From: an uncultured Armatimonadetes bacterium | Lineage (GTDB): Bacteria; Armatimonadota; UBA5829; DTJY01 | DNA length: 64,000 nt | Reading direction: 5' to 3' | Assembly: GCA_963717145.1 (NCBI GenBank) | Contig: OY970325.1 | Span: 2,592,001-2,656,000 of the forward strand | Shown here: positions 1 to 9,395 of the stretch, one piece after another | How positions within the stretch are numbered: position 1 is the first letter of the stretch | Layout: each line of letters starts with the position of its first letter | The notes under the pieces: model-generated | What the model saw: only the letters and a program-made list of their open reading frames with translations | Database searches by the model: none | What the model was told of the DNA's origin: nothing | Translations under genes and position numbers: made by a program

Positions 1-993
1 GCCGTGGCTCGTGAGGACGCCGATCGTGATGTACATCGGGACGTTCTTCGTCACGGCGGCGCGGTTACCGTTCGCCGCCTCGATGAACGACTCGTCGGTG
101 TATCGGTAGCCTGACGGGTTGATCCAGGTCAGCAGCCCCTCTTTGATCCACGTCTTCCAGTCCTGGCAGCTCTCGAAGTTGCCGACGTAGGTGTGCGCGC
201 CCCAGCAGTAGCTCGATATCGGCAGCCCCGGTTTCGCCTTATGGACCGCCGCCTCGATCTCGCGCATGAAGAGGTTGATCTTGTCGGTCCGCCAGCGCTT
301 CCATTCGGGCCAGATCGGGTGCGACCGGGCGGACGTGCTCACATCCGAGAGCGCCTTCTTGCCGCCTTCGGTATCGAGCGCCACATCCGGGCTGATCGAC
401 ACGATCTCCGCCAGATCGACCTTGTGCTTCTCGAGGAAGTGCTCGCGGCCCGTGTCACTATAGGCCACTCGGTTCGGGCAGCGCATGTAGTCGAGGCTCA
501 GGCCGTCGACGTCATAATTCGAGACCAGTTCGGCGATCAGTGCCGCCTCGTACGCGCGGGCATCCGCGTTCCCAGGGTCGATGTAGCCCCTTCGACCGCC
601 TTCGAAGTAGCACGCCCAGGACGGGTTCTTCTGAAGCAGCGAATTCATCACCTTGTCGCCGCCTTCCGTGGAGACGCAGACGACCGGATAGACCTTCAGG
701 CCGACCGCGTGGGCATACTCGACGACCATCTCCATGTACTGGCGGTTCGCGACCAGGTCCGGCGGCGCGACCTTGCTGTCCCAGTTGACCGCACCGCTGG
801 TATGCTTGCCGGCCGGCAGGATGAAGTCGATCCCGGCGGCCTTGATCGCCTTCATCTCCTTGAGGAGCAGGCGCGGCGACTTGATCTCCTCCGAGAACCT
901 GACGTAGACGCCGGCTTTCCCAGGCATGTCCGAGGCCTGGAGTATTCCCGAAACCAACAGCACGGCGATCATAGCAGGCATCATTCGGCACAT
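1..993 (-). CDS. Secreted glycoside hydrolase-like family 10 (GHL10/DUF187) protein, runs off left edge
   Basis: Not in the ORF track; hand-translated from ATG 993 (GAAAGGA upstream): MCRMMPAMIAVLLVSGILQA signal, then YAHAVGLKVYP, YIDPGNADARRY, YDVDGLSLDYMRCP, WKRWR, QDWKTWIKEGLL. Confidence 0.8.
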   Translation of the reverse strand, partial: MCRMMPAMIAVLLVSGILQASDMPGKAGVYVRFSEEIKSPRLLLKEMKAIKAAGIDFILPAGKHTSGAVNWDSKVAPPDLVANRQYMEMVVEYAHAVGLKVYPVVCVSTEGGDKVMNSLLQKNPSWACYFEGGRRGYIDPGNADARAYEAALIAELVSNYDVDGLSLDYMRCPNRVAYSDTGREHFLEKHKVDLAEIVSISPDVALDTEGGKKALSDVSTSARSHPIWPEWKRWRTDKINLFMREIEAAVHKAKPGLPISSYCWGAHTYVGNFESCQDWKTWIKEGLLTWINPSGYRYTDESFIEAANGNRAAVTKNVPMYITIGVLTSHG

Positions 994-1139
994 GGGCACA
1001 TTCCTTTCGATTCAGAGCTACTCATCCGTTCGGTACACCTTCCTCTGTGTCCTCCGTCCCTCCGCGGTTTGGTTGGGGCATTTGACTCCTCGCGGGCGGG
1101 AATGGTAGTGTTGGCATGATTGCACATGGAGGGTCAGAG

Positions 1140-2891
1140 ATGAAGCGAAGGGATGTGTTGAAGGGCATGGTTGCCGGAGTAGGTGCATTGGGACTCGGGG
1201 GGCTGAATGGTGTCGAGGCCGCGACGGAGAAGGCGGGGAAGCCGATCGAGCAGAATGAGATGAAGTTCTGGTCGGAGTCCTCGCTCAAGCGGGTATTCCC
1301 CAACTCCCCCGTGGGTGACGCCGCTCCGCTCAAGCTGTTGGCGGCACGGAACGAGCAGATCTCGTTCCAGGGGTGTCTGCGAGTCCTGAAGACGACGGCG
1401 GTTCGTGTCCGGGCGGCGATCAACGGCGCGGACGGTCTTTCGCCGATATTCCGAAGAGTCGGCTACGTCCCGCTCCAGGGGCTCGATATCGACGTCCCCA
1501 AGGATGAGATCGACGGGATCGGCCAGATCCCCGGGCTCGCACCCGATCCGCTCTATCCCGAGGACTGGGCGCACGTCGGACCGGAGGCGAATTGCGCCTT
1601 CTGGTTCACGTTGACCATCCCCAAGGACACTCAGCCCGGAACCCGCAATCTCACGGTCCGGCTCACCATCGAGGACGAAACGGGTCACACGGGCTGGCTC
1701 GGCGTCAAGCCGTGGAGCGTTGAGCTTCCGGTCGAGTTGACCATCCATCCGCTGGTCGTGCAGCGTCGGAAAGACTTCCCGGTCACTCACTGGATATTCG
1801 TAGAGTCGATCTGGGACTGGTACAAGATCGAGCCGTACAGCGACCGGTTCTGGGAGCTGGCGGAGGCATACGTCGCGGATATGACCGCTCACGGCGTGGA
1901 CTGCATCTACTCGCCGATATTCAACAACCGCCATGAGATCATCCCACGGCCGGCCCAGCTCCTGAAGGTCAGGCGAACGGGACCGGATGCCTACGAGTTC
2001 GACTTCAGCGATGTGCGGCGCTGGATACGGATGGCCGTGAAGTGTGGGGCGAACTACGTGGAGTTCACACATTTCTTCACCCCCGCGCCGACGAGCGGCC
2101 GGTATCCTCAGCACATCTGGGAACGATGGGACAAGATGGGCGAGATGCTCTGGCCGACGGAGATCAGCGCGACGTCGGATACCTATCGGAAGTTCCTGGC
2201 GCAGTTCCTGCCCGAGTTCAAGCGCGTGCTCGAAGAGGAAGGCGCGCTCGATAGATCGCTCTTCCACTGCGCGGACGAGCCCGATGGGGACGAGCAGATG
2301 GCTGATTACCGCAAGGCACGGGGGCTGCTGAAGGAACTCGCGCCGTGGATGAAGGTCATGGACGCCATGAGCGATCCCCGGTTTGCGACCGATCGCCTCA
2401 CCGACATGCCCGTGCCGAGCATCGTGACGGCCCCTCAGTTCACGGCGGCGGGATGCCCTGCATGGACATACTTCTGCTGCGGTCCGAGAGGGCGTTTCCT
2501 TCAGCGGCTGCTCGATACTCCGCTGCCGAAGCTTCGCATGGCGGGATGGCTCTTCTACAAGCTCGGCGCCAAGGGATTCCTGCACTGGGGGCACAACTAC
2601 TGGCACGTGTTCTGCACGGGGACGATGGGCAACCCGTTCCACGATCCGGCGAATGGCTCGTGGCCGTGGCTTCCATACGGCGACCCGTTTGTCGTCTATC
2701 CCGGCGCGGACGGACCGATGAGTTCGGTACGGTGGGAGGTCTTGTGCGAGAGCCTGCAGGACTATGCGCTCCTCCAGTCGGCAGGAATCAAGCCGGACGA
2801 CCCGATGCTGGCGGAGTTGAAGGACTACGAGACGTTCCCCAAGTCCGAGAACTGGCTGAAGGCGGCGCGGAAGCGGATCCTGACGGGCTAG
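1140..2891 (+). CDS. Tat-exported DUF4091-domain putative glycoside hydrolase (GH123-like)
   Basis: GGAGG RBS, twin-arginine MKRRDVLKG, motifs PDPLYP, DEP, YFCCGP, GFLHWG, GDPFVVYPG, SVRWEVLCESLQDY. Confidence 0.8.
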   Translation: MKRRDVLKGMVAGVGALGLGGLNGVEAATEKAGKPIEQNEMKFWSESSLKRVFPNSPVGDAAPLKLLAARNEQISFQGCLRVLKTTAVRVRAAINGADGLSPIFRRVGYVPLQGLDIDVPKDEIDGIGQIPGLAPDPLYPEDWAHVGPEANCAFWFTLTIPKDTQPGTRNLTVRLTIEDETGHTGWLGVKPWSVELPVELTIHPLVVQRRKDFPVTHWIFVESIWDWYKIEPYSDRFWELAEAYVADMTAHGVDCIYSPIFNNRHEIIPRPAQLLKVRRTGPDAYEFDFSDVRRWIRMAVKCGANYVEFTHFFTPAPTSGRYPQHIWERWDKMGEMLWPTEISATSDTYRKFLAQFLPEFKRVLEEEGALDRSLFHCADEPDGDEQMADYRKARGLLKELAPWMKVMDAMSDPRFATDRLTDMPVPSIVTAPQFTAAGCPAWTYFCCGPRGRFLQRLLDTPLPKLRMAGWLFYKLGAKGFLHWGHNYWHVFCTGTMGNPFHDPANGSWPWLPYGDPFVVYPGADGPMSSVRWEVLCESLQDYALLQSAGIKPDDPMLAELKDYETFPKSENWLKAARKRILTG

Positions 2892-3024
2892 CAGTCTTGC
2901 CGGTTCTGCTCAAGAAACATGTGATCGCCCTGAGGAGACAGTTGCTGGAGGCCGATAATATGTGTGGGTGATTTCAGGAGCTAGCGCACTTTGTTACCAT
3001 CCAAGATGGGTCTTCTTTTCGTTT

Positions 3025-3055
3025 CAGCCTGTCCTTCGGGGCAGGCTGTTTTTTT
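3025..3055 (+). terminator. Intrinsic terminator
   Basis: CAGCCTGTCC-TTCG-GGGCAGGCTG followed by T7, between convergent genes. Confidence 0.85.
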
Positions 3056-3851
3056 ATGTCTCCTCGGAGATCGGCATCACCTCGGCCCAGGTGTCGCGGT
3101 CGAGGAAGCTTCCCTCGGCATTGGCCTCCATCTCGGCGAACATGGTATATGGCACCGTGAATGACAGAATGTCCTTGCCGACCACACGGTTCGTGATCTT
3201 CCGTGCGGAGAGATCGGTCAGCCCGATGACCGCCCTGGGGGTATCGGATTCGGCCTCTCGATAAGCCAGGATGCCTATCTGCTGGCAGCCGGCCCCCATC
3301 GGAGCGATCACGTTGTCGGACGTCTCGCGTCCGTAGTTCGCGAGCACAATCAGCGCCGAAAGCTGGTCGGGATTCACCAGGAACACGACGTTCTTCGGGA
3401 TCTCGTCGTCCGCGACCGACTCCAGCGGCTTGAACACAACATACTTCGCGGGGATGTCGCAGATCGGCAGCGCCTCGATAAACTTGCGGGCGAGTTCCGG
3501 GGTCTTGATGTACCGCTCGCCCTTGTCCATGTCGGGCATGGACTCGGCCATCCTTAAGCCGGCCTCGGTCTTGCAGAACTCCGGGTTGCCGTTCGACAGG
3601 AAATACTCGATCCCGCCCGGGAAATCGTCATAGGCGCTTCCGAATCCCATGCCGCTGGTACCGCCCTTGCAGCCGACCGTCTCCCGGCTGCAGACAGCGG
3701 TCTTCCCCCTGGCGGCACTGGTCACGAGTGACATAACGCATCCCCATCGTCCGTCTTTGAACTCGAGGGCGCCCTCCGGCTTCTCGTCGCTCCACAACAG
3801 GGCGACCGGGGAGTGTTTGATCCTGATGGCCTTTGCGATCTTGCTCTGCAT
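3054..3851 (-). CDS. DUF169 family protein
   Basis: AAGGAG RBS before MQSKIAKAI; PVALLWSDEKPEGALEF, GC motifs, FLVNPDQLSAL, GAGCQQIG. Confidence 0.8.
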   Translation of the reverse strand: MQSKIAKAIRIKHSPVALLWSDEKPEGALEFKDGRWGCVMSLVTSAARGKTAVCSRETVGCKGGTSGMGFGSAYDDFPGGIEYFLSNGNPEFCKTEAGLRMAESMPDMDKGERYIKTPELARKFIEALPICDIPAKYVVFKPLESVADDEIPKNVVFLVNPDQLSALIVLANYGRETSDNVIAPMGAGCQQIGILAYREAESDTPRAVIGLTDLSARKITNRVVGKDILSFTVPYTMFAEMEANAEGSFLDRDTWAEVMPISEET

Positions 3852-3879
3852 GATGTGATCTCCTTGACTCCCGCTGTAC

Positions 3880-4025
3880 GAATGCACCCGGATTATTCGT
3901 GATAGGCTCAAGACGCGTACACTCTGTCATTCTGAGCGAAGTGAAGAATCTGGCGAGCGGCGTATTGCTCAAGGAGCCAGATTCTTCACTTCGCTCAGAA
4001 TGACACGAATAATCCGGGTGCATTC
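3880..4025. repeat. Nested inverted repeat: outer 22-bp arms enclosing a TGTCATTCTGAGCGAAGTGAAGAATCT palindrome
   Basis: Outer arms 3880-3901/4004-4025; inner arms 3925-3954/3976-4005; relatives at 23844-23911 and 30227-30255. Confidence 0.9.
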
Positions 4026-5773
4026 ACTCCATCTTGAGTTGGCCGGACCGGAGCCCGTCCGCCACTTCCTGAGGTACCCCGATCGGGGCGAGGCTGAACC
4101 TCGGGCCGGTCGGCGTGCGATTCGCCACGATCTGCCTGATCCAGCACTCGTCAAGCCTCTGCGGGAAGTCCGAGCGGTAATGAGTGCCCCGGCTCTCCTC
4201 GCGCACCTTCGCCGCACCGGTGATCACGGACGCGAGTTCGACCAGATTCCGCAGTTCGAGGCACGACCGCAGGTTCCACGGGCGCGATCTCTTCAGCCTG
4301 GTCGCCATCTTCGCGATAATGCGGTTCGCCTCCGTGAGCCCCTGCGCGTGCCTGACGACCGACACGTAGTTCCACATCGTGGCCTTCAGTCCCTCAGTCA
4401 CACCACTCCAGGTGCCGCCCGTCTCAGGCGGCACGGCGGAGATGTTCCGAAACTGTCGATCGGCCCACGCGCGCACGAGGTCCGCCTCGCCGATGAACTT
4501 GTGCTCGCCGGCATACTTAGCGGCCTCACCCCCGGCGATCGCCCCGAAGACTTGGGTGTCCGCGAGCGCGTTCCCACCCGGCCTGTCCGCCCCGTGTTGA
4601 CCGCCCGCGGCCTCTCCACATGCGAACAGACCCGCGATATCTGTGGCGGCGCGCTCGTCGATCAGGATGCCGCCGTTGAAATGCTGGACGCACGGTGCGA
4701 ACTCGACCGGCTCCTTGCGGATATCGATCCCACGCGCGAGCAGATGCTCGAACGGCACGCGAGCCCTGGACTCGATCTCGGCGGCGGAGTTGTGCGATAT
4801 GTCGAGGAAGACACCGCCGTGCGGACCGGGAGCGCCATGCTTCATCTCGTCGTATATCGCGATGTCGACGAACATGGACTCATTCCGGACACTGAACGGG
4901 AATGAAACGCCCTTGAGTTCCAGCGCCTTCGCCAAGTCGATATCCGACGGCACGCGTTCGGGCAGGAATTCCCCGCCCTGGCCGTTCAAGAGCCTCGGAT
5001 TCATCCGCCAGAAGACCCCGGAGAGCGCGAACTTCACGGGGTGGATGATGCACGGACCGATCTGGATGAACTCCATGTTCACGAGCCGCGCGCCGGCCCG
5101 GTAAGCCATCGCCATTCCGTCTCCGGTCATGCCCTCGGGGAAGACGTTGAACCAGTACAACTCGCCGGGACCGCCGGTCGAGATCACCACCGCGGGCGCG
5201 GTGAATGTGACCATATTGCCCTGAGCGCTGATGCCCCAGCAGCCGACGAGGCGTTTCGCCCCCGATTCGCTGACGACCAGATCGACCGCCTGAACGCCTT
5301 CGACGAAGCGAACACCGACCTCCTGAGCCTTCGACATGAGCACGCGCATGATCTCGGGCCCGGTCTCAGTTCCCTTGCCGCACGCTCGGGGAAATCGCGC
5401 CCCGTCCGACAGTATCTGCACGAACTTGCCGTCCTGCTTGTCGAAGCACGCGCCGTAGCTCTCCAGGTCCAGGAGCCGATCCGGCGCGTCGAAGGCGATC
5501 TTGCGGGCGAGGTCCGGACGCGCGACGAGGCCGCCCTTGATCATGATGTCGAGCCAGTGCTCGGTCGGCGAGTCCGCGGGGTCGGCGTGACCGAACGCCG
5601 CGCCGTAAGCCATCCAGTCGGAGGCAGAGTTGACCGTGCAGCCGCTCTTGCCGGCTGCCCCCCGCTCGAACGACGATGACGTCCGCGTCGGCCTCACGAG
5701 CGGCGATGGCCGCGCGGAGTCCGGCGCTCCCGGCCCCGACGATCAGGACATCGGATTGGTACTCAGTTTGCAT
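4024..5773 (-). CDS. FAD-dependent oxidoreductase, SdhA/FrdA/NadB flavoprotein family; 1-nt frameshift near 5670
   Basis: DVLIVGAGSAGLRAA in one frame continues as ERGAAGKSGCT in another; MEFIQIGP, HFNGGI, GLFACGE, HGADRPGGNALA, REESRGTHYRSDFP. Confidence 0.85.
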
Positions 5774-5790
5774 GGATTCCTCAATTCAAC

Positions 5791-5898
5791 GGTTGATGGT
5801 TGATGGTTCATGGTTGATGTGGGGCCATTCGCCCATAAACCATCAGCCATTCCCCCATTAACCATCAGCCATTCCCCCATTAACCATCGACCATCAAC
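5791..5898. repeat. Inverted 7-mer tandem repeats (GGTTGAT / CCATCAA), continuing at 6972-6986 beyond the IS
   Basis: ggttgatggttgatggttcatggttgat facing ccatcagccatt...ccatcgaccatcaac. Confidence 0.8.
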
Positions 5899-6971
5899 TG
5901 TCCAGTCTCATGACATTATGAACACCGTGGGTTGAAAAGAAGGAGGTGCATGCGGTAGTCTCTTTGATGATCGCCAAACCAAAAAAGGAGACCACTTCGC
6001 ATGCAGATCCATTCTAACGCAACCAGCAATATGAAGCAACGGCGGTTTTTCAGGCAGAGTCCCAAGAGCTGCAGAAAGCTCGCAGATATCTGCCATGTAT
6101 CGCCGGCAACAGTCTGCAAATGGAAGGCCCGGGGTGACCAGCAAGACCGCAGCAGTCGGCCCAGGAAGATCCATTATGCATTCAGCCCCGAAGAGGAGGA
6201 GATCATCCTCTCGCTCCGGGACAAAGGTCTAGCACTCGATGCACTGGTGCGTGCAGTAGTCACAGTTCTGCCGAATGCAGAACGCGCCAGTATACATCGC
6301 TTACTGAGCAGAAAAGGGGTGAGCAGACTCCCCCAGTACCAAAAAGAAAAGAGAGAAAGTCCAGGCAAGTTCAAAGAGTATCTGCCTGGATACCTTCACA
6401 TAGACTGTTTCTACCTGCCCAAGATCGGGGGCAAGAGGAAGTATTGCTTCGTTGCGGTAGACAGAGCAACAAGGCTAGCCTTCCTCCAGGTGTACGACAA
6501 CCTAACCAAGGAATCCGCAGTGGGCTTCCTTGGACTGTGCATGTGGTTCTATCCGTTCATGATCCACAAGATCCTGACAGACAACGGTAGAGAGTTCACT
6601 CTGGCCAATTGGAGCCGTTGGGGCAGTCCGGCGAAGAGACCTCACTTCTTTGATGAAGTATGCTCAGCCTGTGGTATTGAACACAGGCTCACCCGGCCGT
6701 ATACACCAAAGACCAACGGTCTGGTGGAACGCATGAACGGACTGATCCAGGAGGGCACGTACAAGATGCACAGATATCCTGGATATCCGGAGTTGATAGA
6801 TGGACTCCACCAGTGGCTGACCATCTACAATCTAAGGAGACAGCACAGCGCGATCGGTGGCAAGACACCCTATGAGAAGGTCTGCGATTGGTACGCGCAA
6901 AGACCAGATCTGTTTATCAAAGAGCCTACCGACTTACTGAACTACCGTTCACAACGTGGTGGGACTTGACA
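5899..6971 (+). mobile_element. IS481-family insertion sequence, 1073 bp
   Basis: Ends TGT...ACA; 25-bp imperfect IRs (19/25 match); 6-bp direct repeat ATCAAC at 5893-5898 and 6972-6977; more AT-rich than flanks. Confidence 0.93.
6001..6969 (+). CDS. IS481-family DDE transposase
   Basis: N-terminal HTH and DRSSRP; LHID, LTDNGREF, PYTPKTNGLVERMN (DDE), YNLRRQHSAIGGKTP; stop lies in right IR. Confidence 0.93.
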   Translation: MQIHSNATSNMKQRRFFRQSPKSCRKLADICHVSPATVCKWKARGDQQDRSSRPRKIHYAFSPEEEEIILSLRDKGLALDALVRAVVTVLPNAERASIHRLLSRKGVSRLPQYQKEKRESPGKFKEYLPGYLHIDCFYLPKIGGKRKYCFVAVDRATRLAFLQVYDNLTKESAVGFLGLCMWFYPFMIHKILTDNGREFTLANWSRWGSPAKRPHFFDEVCSACGIEHRLTRPYTPKTNGLVERMNGLIQEGTYKMHRYPGYPELIDGLHQWLTIYNLRRQHSAIGGKTPYEKVCDWYAQRPDLFIKEPTDLLNYRSQRGGT

Positions 6972-6979
6972 ATCAACCA

Positions 6980-8083
6980 TCAACCATTCCCCAGAACGAT
7001 TGCCGACTTGATGACCTCCCGCGATTCCATCGCACGGAGGGCGTCGGTCGCGTGATCGAGATCGAATGTGCGTGAGATCAGGCCCTCGAACGCATCCGCC
7101 TTCCTTGCCACAAGCGACAGCGCCTGGTGGAGATGACGCGCATGGCTCGTCCAGACGCCCTGCAGGCGGAGGTTCTTGCGCACCAACTCCGAGTAGGCAT
7201 CGAGCGATACGGTGCTCCCAGGCACTGCGAATCCGGCTGAGATGTACGCCCCGCCGGTCCGCAGGAGTGTTATTCCCTCATTCACCGATTCCGGCTTCCC
7301 CGACGTCTCGATGATCACGTCGATGCCGTGCGGGATGGCGGTACGGACGACTTCGAGCCGGTCTTCCAGCGATGTGTCCCGGTAGCTCAGGGTCAGACTC
7401 GCGCCCAGACCGCGCGCCAGTTCGAGGCTCTCGGTCGATCCACCGACGGCGACCACATCCGATGCGCCGACTTCACGGGCGAACGCCGCGGCGAAGAGTC
7501 CAAGCGGACCCGAACCCTGCACGAGCACCGAGTCGCCCGGATGGATGTCGGCAAGCTCGATCGAGTTGGCGGCGGTCGCGCCCGAACACGATGCGCTTGC
7601 GAGGATCGGATAGCTCGGACCCTCGTAGTCATCCAGGTGGAAGATGACCGTGTTCGCCATTAATACCATATGGTCGGCATAGCAGCCAACCAGATGCGGC
7701 GGTTTTGCCGACGAGCGATGGATTCCGTATGCCCAGCGGTTCGGGCAGAGGTTCGGCTCGTGCTTCACCGCGCAGTAATAGCAGTGCCCGCAGGTGACGC
7801 CGCGCTCCCAGATGATCCGGTCGCCGGGTTTGATCTCCCGGCCCATCACAGATCGGAGTCCGTGCGTGCCTATGGCGACCTCGACGACTTCGCCGACTCC
7901 CTCGTGACCCAGGATCATCGGCAGAGGGATGCGCGGATCTTCCCCGTGCCACATGTGGATGTCCGATCCGCAGACTCCCGCCGCGAGCATGCGCACGAGT
8001 ATCTGCCTCGGACCGAGCAGAGGCTTGTCGAAGTCGCGGATCACCAGCGGTTCGTTGAATCGTTCGAGTACGGCGGCTCTCAT
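6980..8083 (-). CDS. Zinc-binding alcohol dehydrogenase (MDR family)
   Basis: GVCGSD, LGHEGVG, CGHCYYC..C, GSGPLG. Confidence 0.92.
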   Translation of the reverse strand: MRAAVLERFNEPLVIRDFDKPLLGPRQILVRMLAAGVCGSDIHMWHGEDPRIPLPMILGHEGVGEVVEVAIGTHGLRSVMGREIKPGDRIIWERGVTCGHCYYCAVKHEPNLCPNRWAYGIHRSSAKPPHLVGCYADHMVLMANTVIFHLDDYEGPSYPILASASCSGATAANSIELADIHPGDSVLVQGSGPLGLFAAAFAREVGASDVVAVGGSTESLELARGLGASLTLSYRDTSLEDRLEVVRTAIPHGIDVIIETSGKPESVNEGITLLRTGGAYISAGFAVPGSTVSLDAYSELVRKNLRLQGVWTSHARHLHQALSLVARKADAFEGLISRTFDLDHATDALRAMESREVIKSAIVLGNG

Positions 8084-8157
8084 GATGATCTCCTCTCAGG
8101 CAGTCACATGATAGCCGCGCAGTCGATGAGTGTCAAGGAAATGCGGAACGCGCCATC

Positions 8158-9369
8158 CTATTGGTTGCCCAGGAGCACCCTCTTCGCCGACTTGGGGAGC
8201 TTGTCGTCGATCTGGGCGAACTTGTCGCTCTCGAAGATGCAGGATGAGACCGTGACCTTGTCCGCCTTGCCGCCGAGGTAGACCCCGGGGCCGAATGCGT
8301 CGAACGTGCAGCCGGTGACGATGATGTTCCTCCCGCCGGTGATGTAGACATCGTAGGCCTTCGCGTTCTCGAACGCCTTCTGGAAATGGCAGGCGCTGAA
8401 GATCACGTTCCCGCAGTCGGTGATCTGCACGATGTGATCGCCGTTCGACTGGATGATCGCGCCGTGGACGATCACGCATGCGGTGGGATTCAAGACCTTG
8501 AACGCCGCGGCGTGGTTCAGGTAGCTGCCGTTCGTAACCCTCAGCCGCGCGCCGGACTCCACGACGTAGCCGTAGCCGCAGAAGTCGGTCGAGCAGTTGG
8601 AGAGCCCGCCGTAGGTGTTTCCCCCACCCTCGGTCTTGTCCTCGACGAAGAGGAAGCCGGTCTGCGCGCCGATGACGAAGCAGTTGGCGGCGTGGAACTC
8701 ATCGAGGCGGCCGAGCTTGAAGCCGACGCCTTGCTCGAGGAAATACTTGTTCGTGCAGAAGCACTCGACGTTGCGCATCGTGGGGATGTCATACGCCTTG
8801 GTCAGATAGACGCCCGTGTGTACAACCTCCGGCAGGAAGATGTTCTCCAGATTCACGCGCCCGATGTTCGACTTCCCATCGGCGGCGATGGCATCATAAG
8901 CGCCCCAGATCTTCACGTTGCTCACCGAGATGCCGTTCCCCGCGAGGAGGATCGTCGGCGGGTACTTGACGGGCTTCTCCCAGTTGACGTTGAGGTATTG
9001 AAGGGCGAGTCCGTGGACGCTCGAGAAGTTGCCGCACTTGATCGCGGGGCCGTCGGTGTGCGTGACGACGAGCATCGGCATCACGGTCGCGTCGGAGGGG
9101 AATCCGCCGGAGATGTTGCCGAGGAGATGGACGGACTCGAGGTTGAGCGTGCCGGAGAGCTTGTACGTCCCCATCGGGAATCGGACGGTCCCGCCGAAAC
9201 CCGCGGCCTCGATGGCCTTTCGGATGGCGGCGGTGTCGTCGGCCTTCCCATCGCCGACCGCACCGAACTCCTTGACGCCGACTTCGATGCCCGGCTTTGG
9301 GGCATCGGCCGCCCAGGCGCATGATATTGCGAAAATGACGCACAGAATCAGTAACAGTCTTGCTGGCAT
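8158..9369 (-). CDS. Secreted right-handed beta-helix protein (pectate lyase superfamily)
   Basis: Signal peptide; VKEFGAVGDGKADDTAAIRKAI, VRFPMGTY; beta-helix periodicity. Confidence 0.8.
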   Translation of the reverse strand: MPARLLLILCVIFAISCAWAADAPKPGIEVGVKEFGAVGDGKADDTAAIRKAIEAAGFGGTVRFPMGTYKLSGTLNLESVHLLGNISGGFPSDATVMPMLVVTHTDGPAIKCGNFSSVHGLALQYLNVNWEKPVKYPPTILLAGNGISVSNVKIWGAYDAIAADGKSNIGRVNLENIFLPEVVHTGVYLTKAYDIPTMRNVECFCTNKYFLEQGVGFKLGRLDEFHAANCFVIGAQTGFLFVEDKTEGGGNTYGGLSNCSTDFCGYGYVVESGARLRVTNGSYLNHAAAFKVLNPTACVIVHGAIIQSNGDHIVQITDCGNVIFSACHFQKAFENAKAYDVYITGGRNIIVTGCTFDAFGPGVYLGGKADKVTVSSCIFESDKFAQIDDKLPKSAKRVLLGNQ

Positions 9370-9395
9370 TTGTCTCTCCTTAAGATTCGATTCCC

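Noticed and set aside
2892-3024. Possible sRNA or riboswitch before the terminator
   Set aside because: No recognisable consensus or convincing structure by eye; an Rfam scan would be needed
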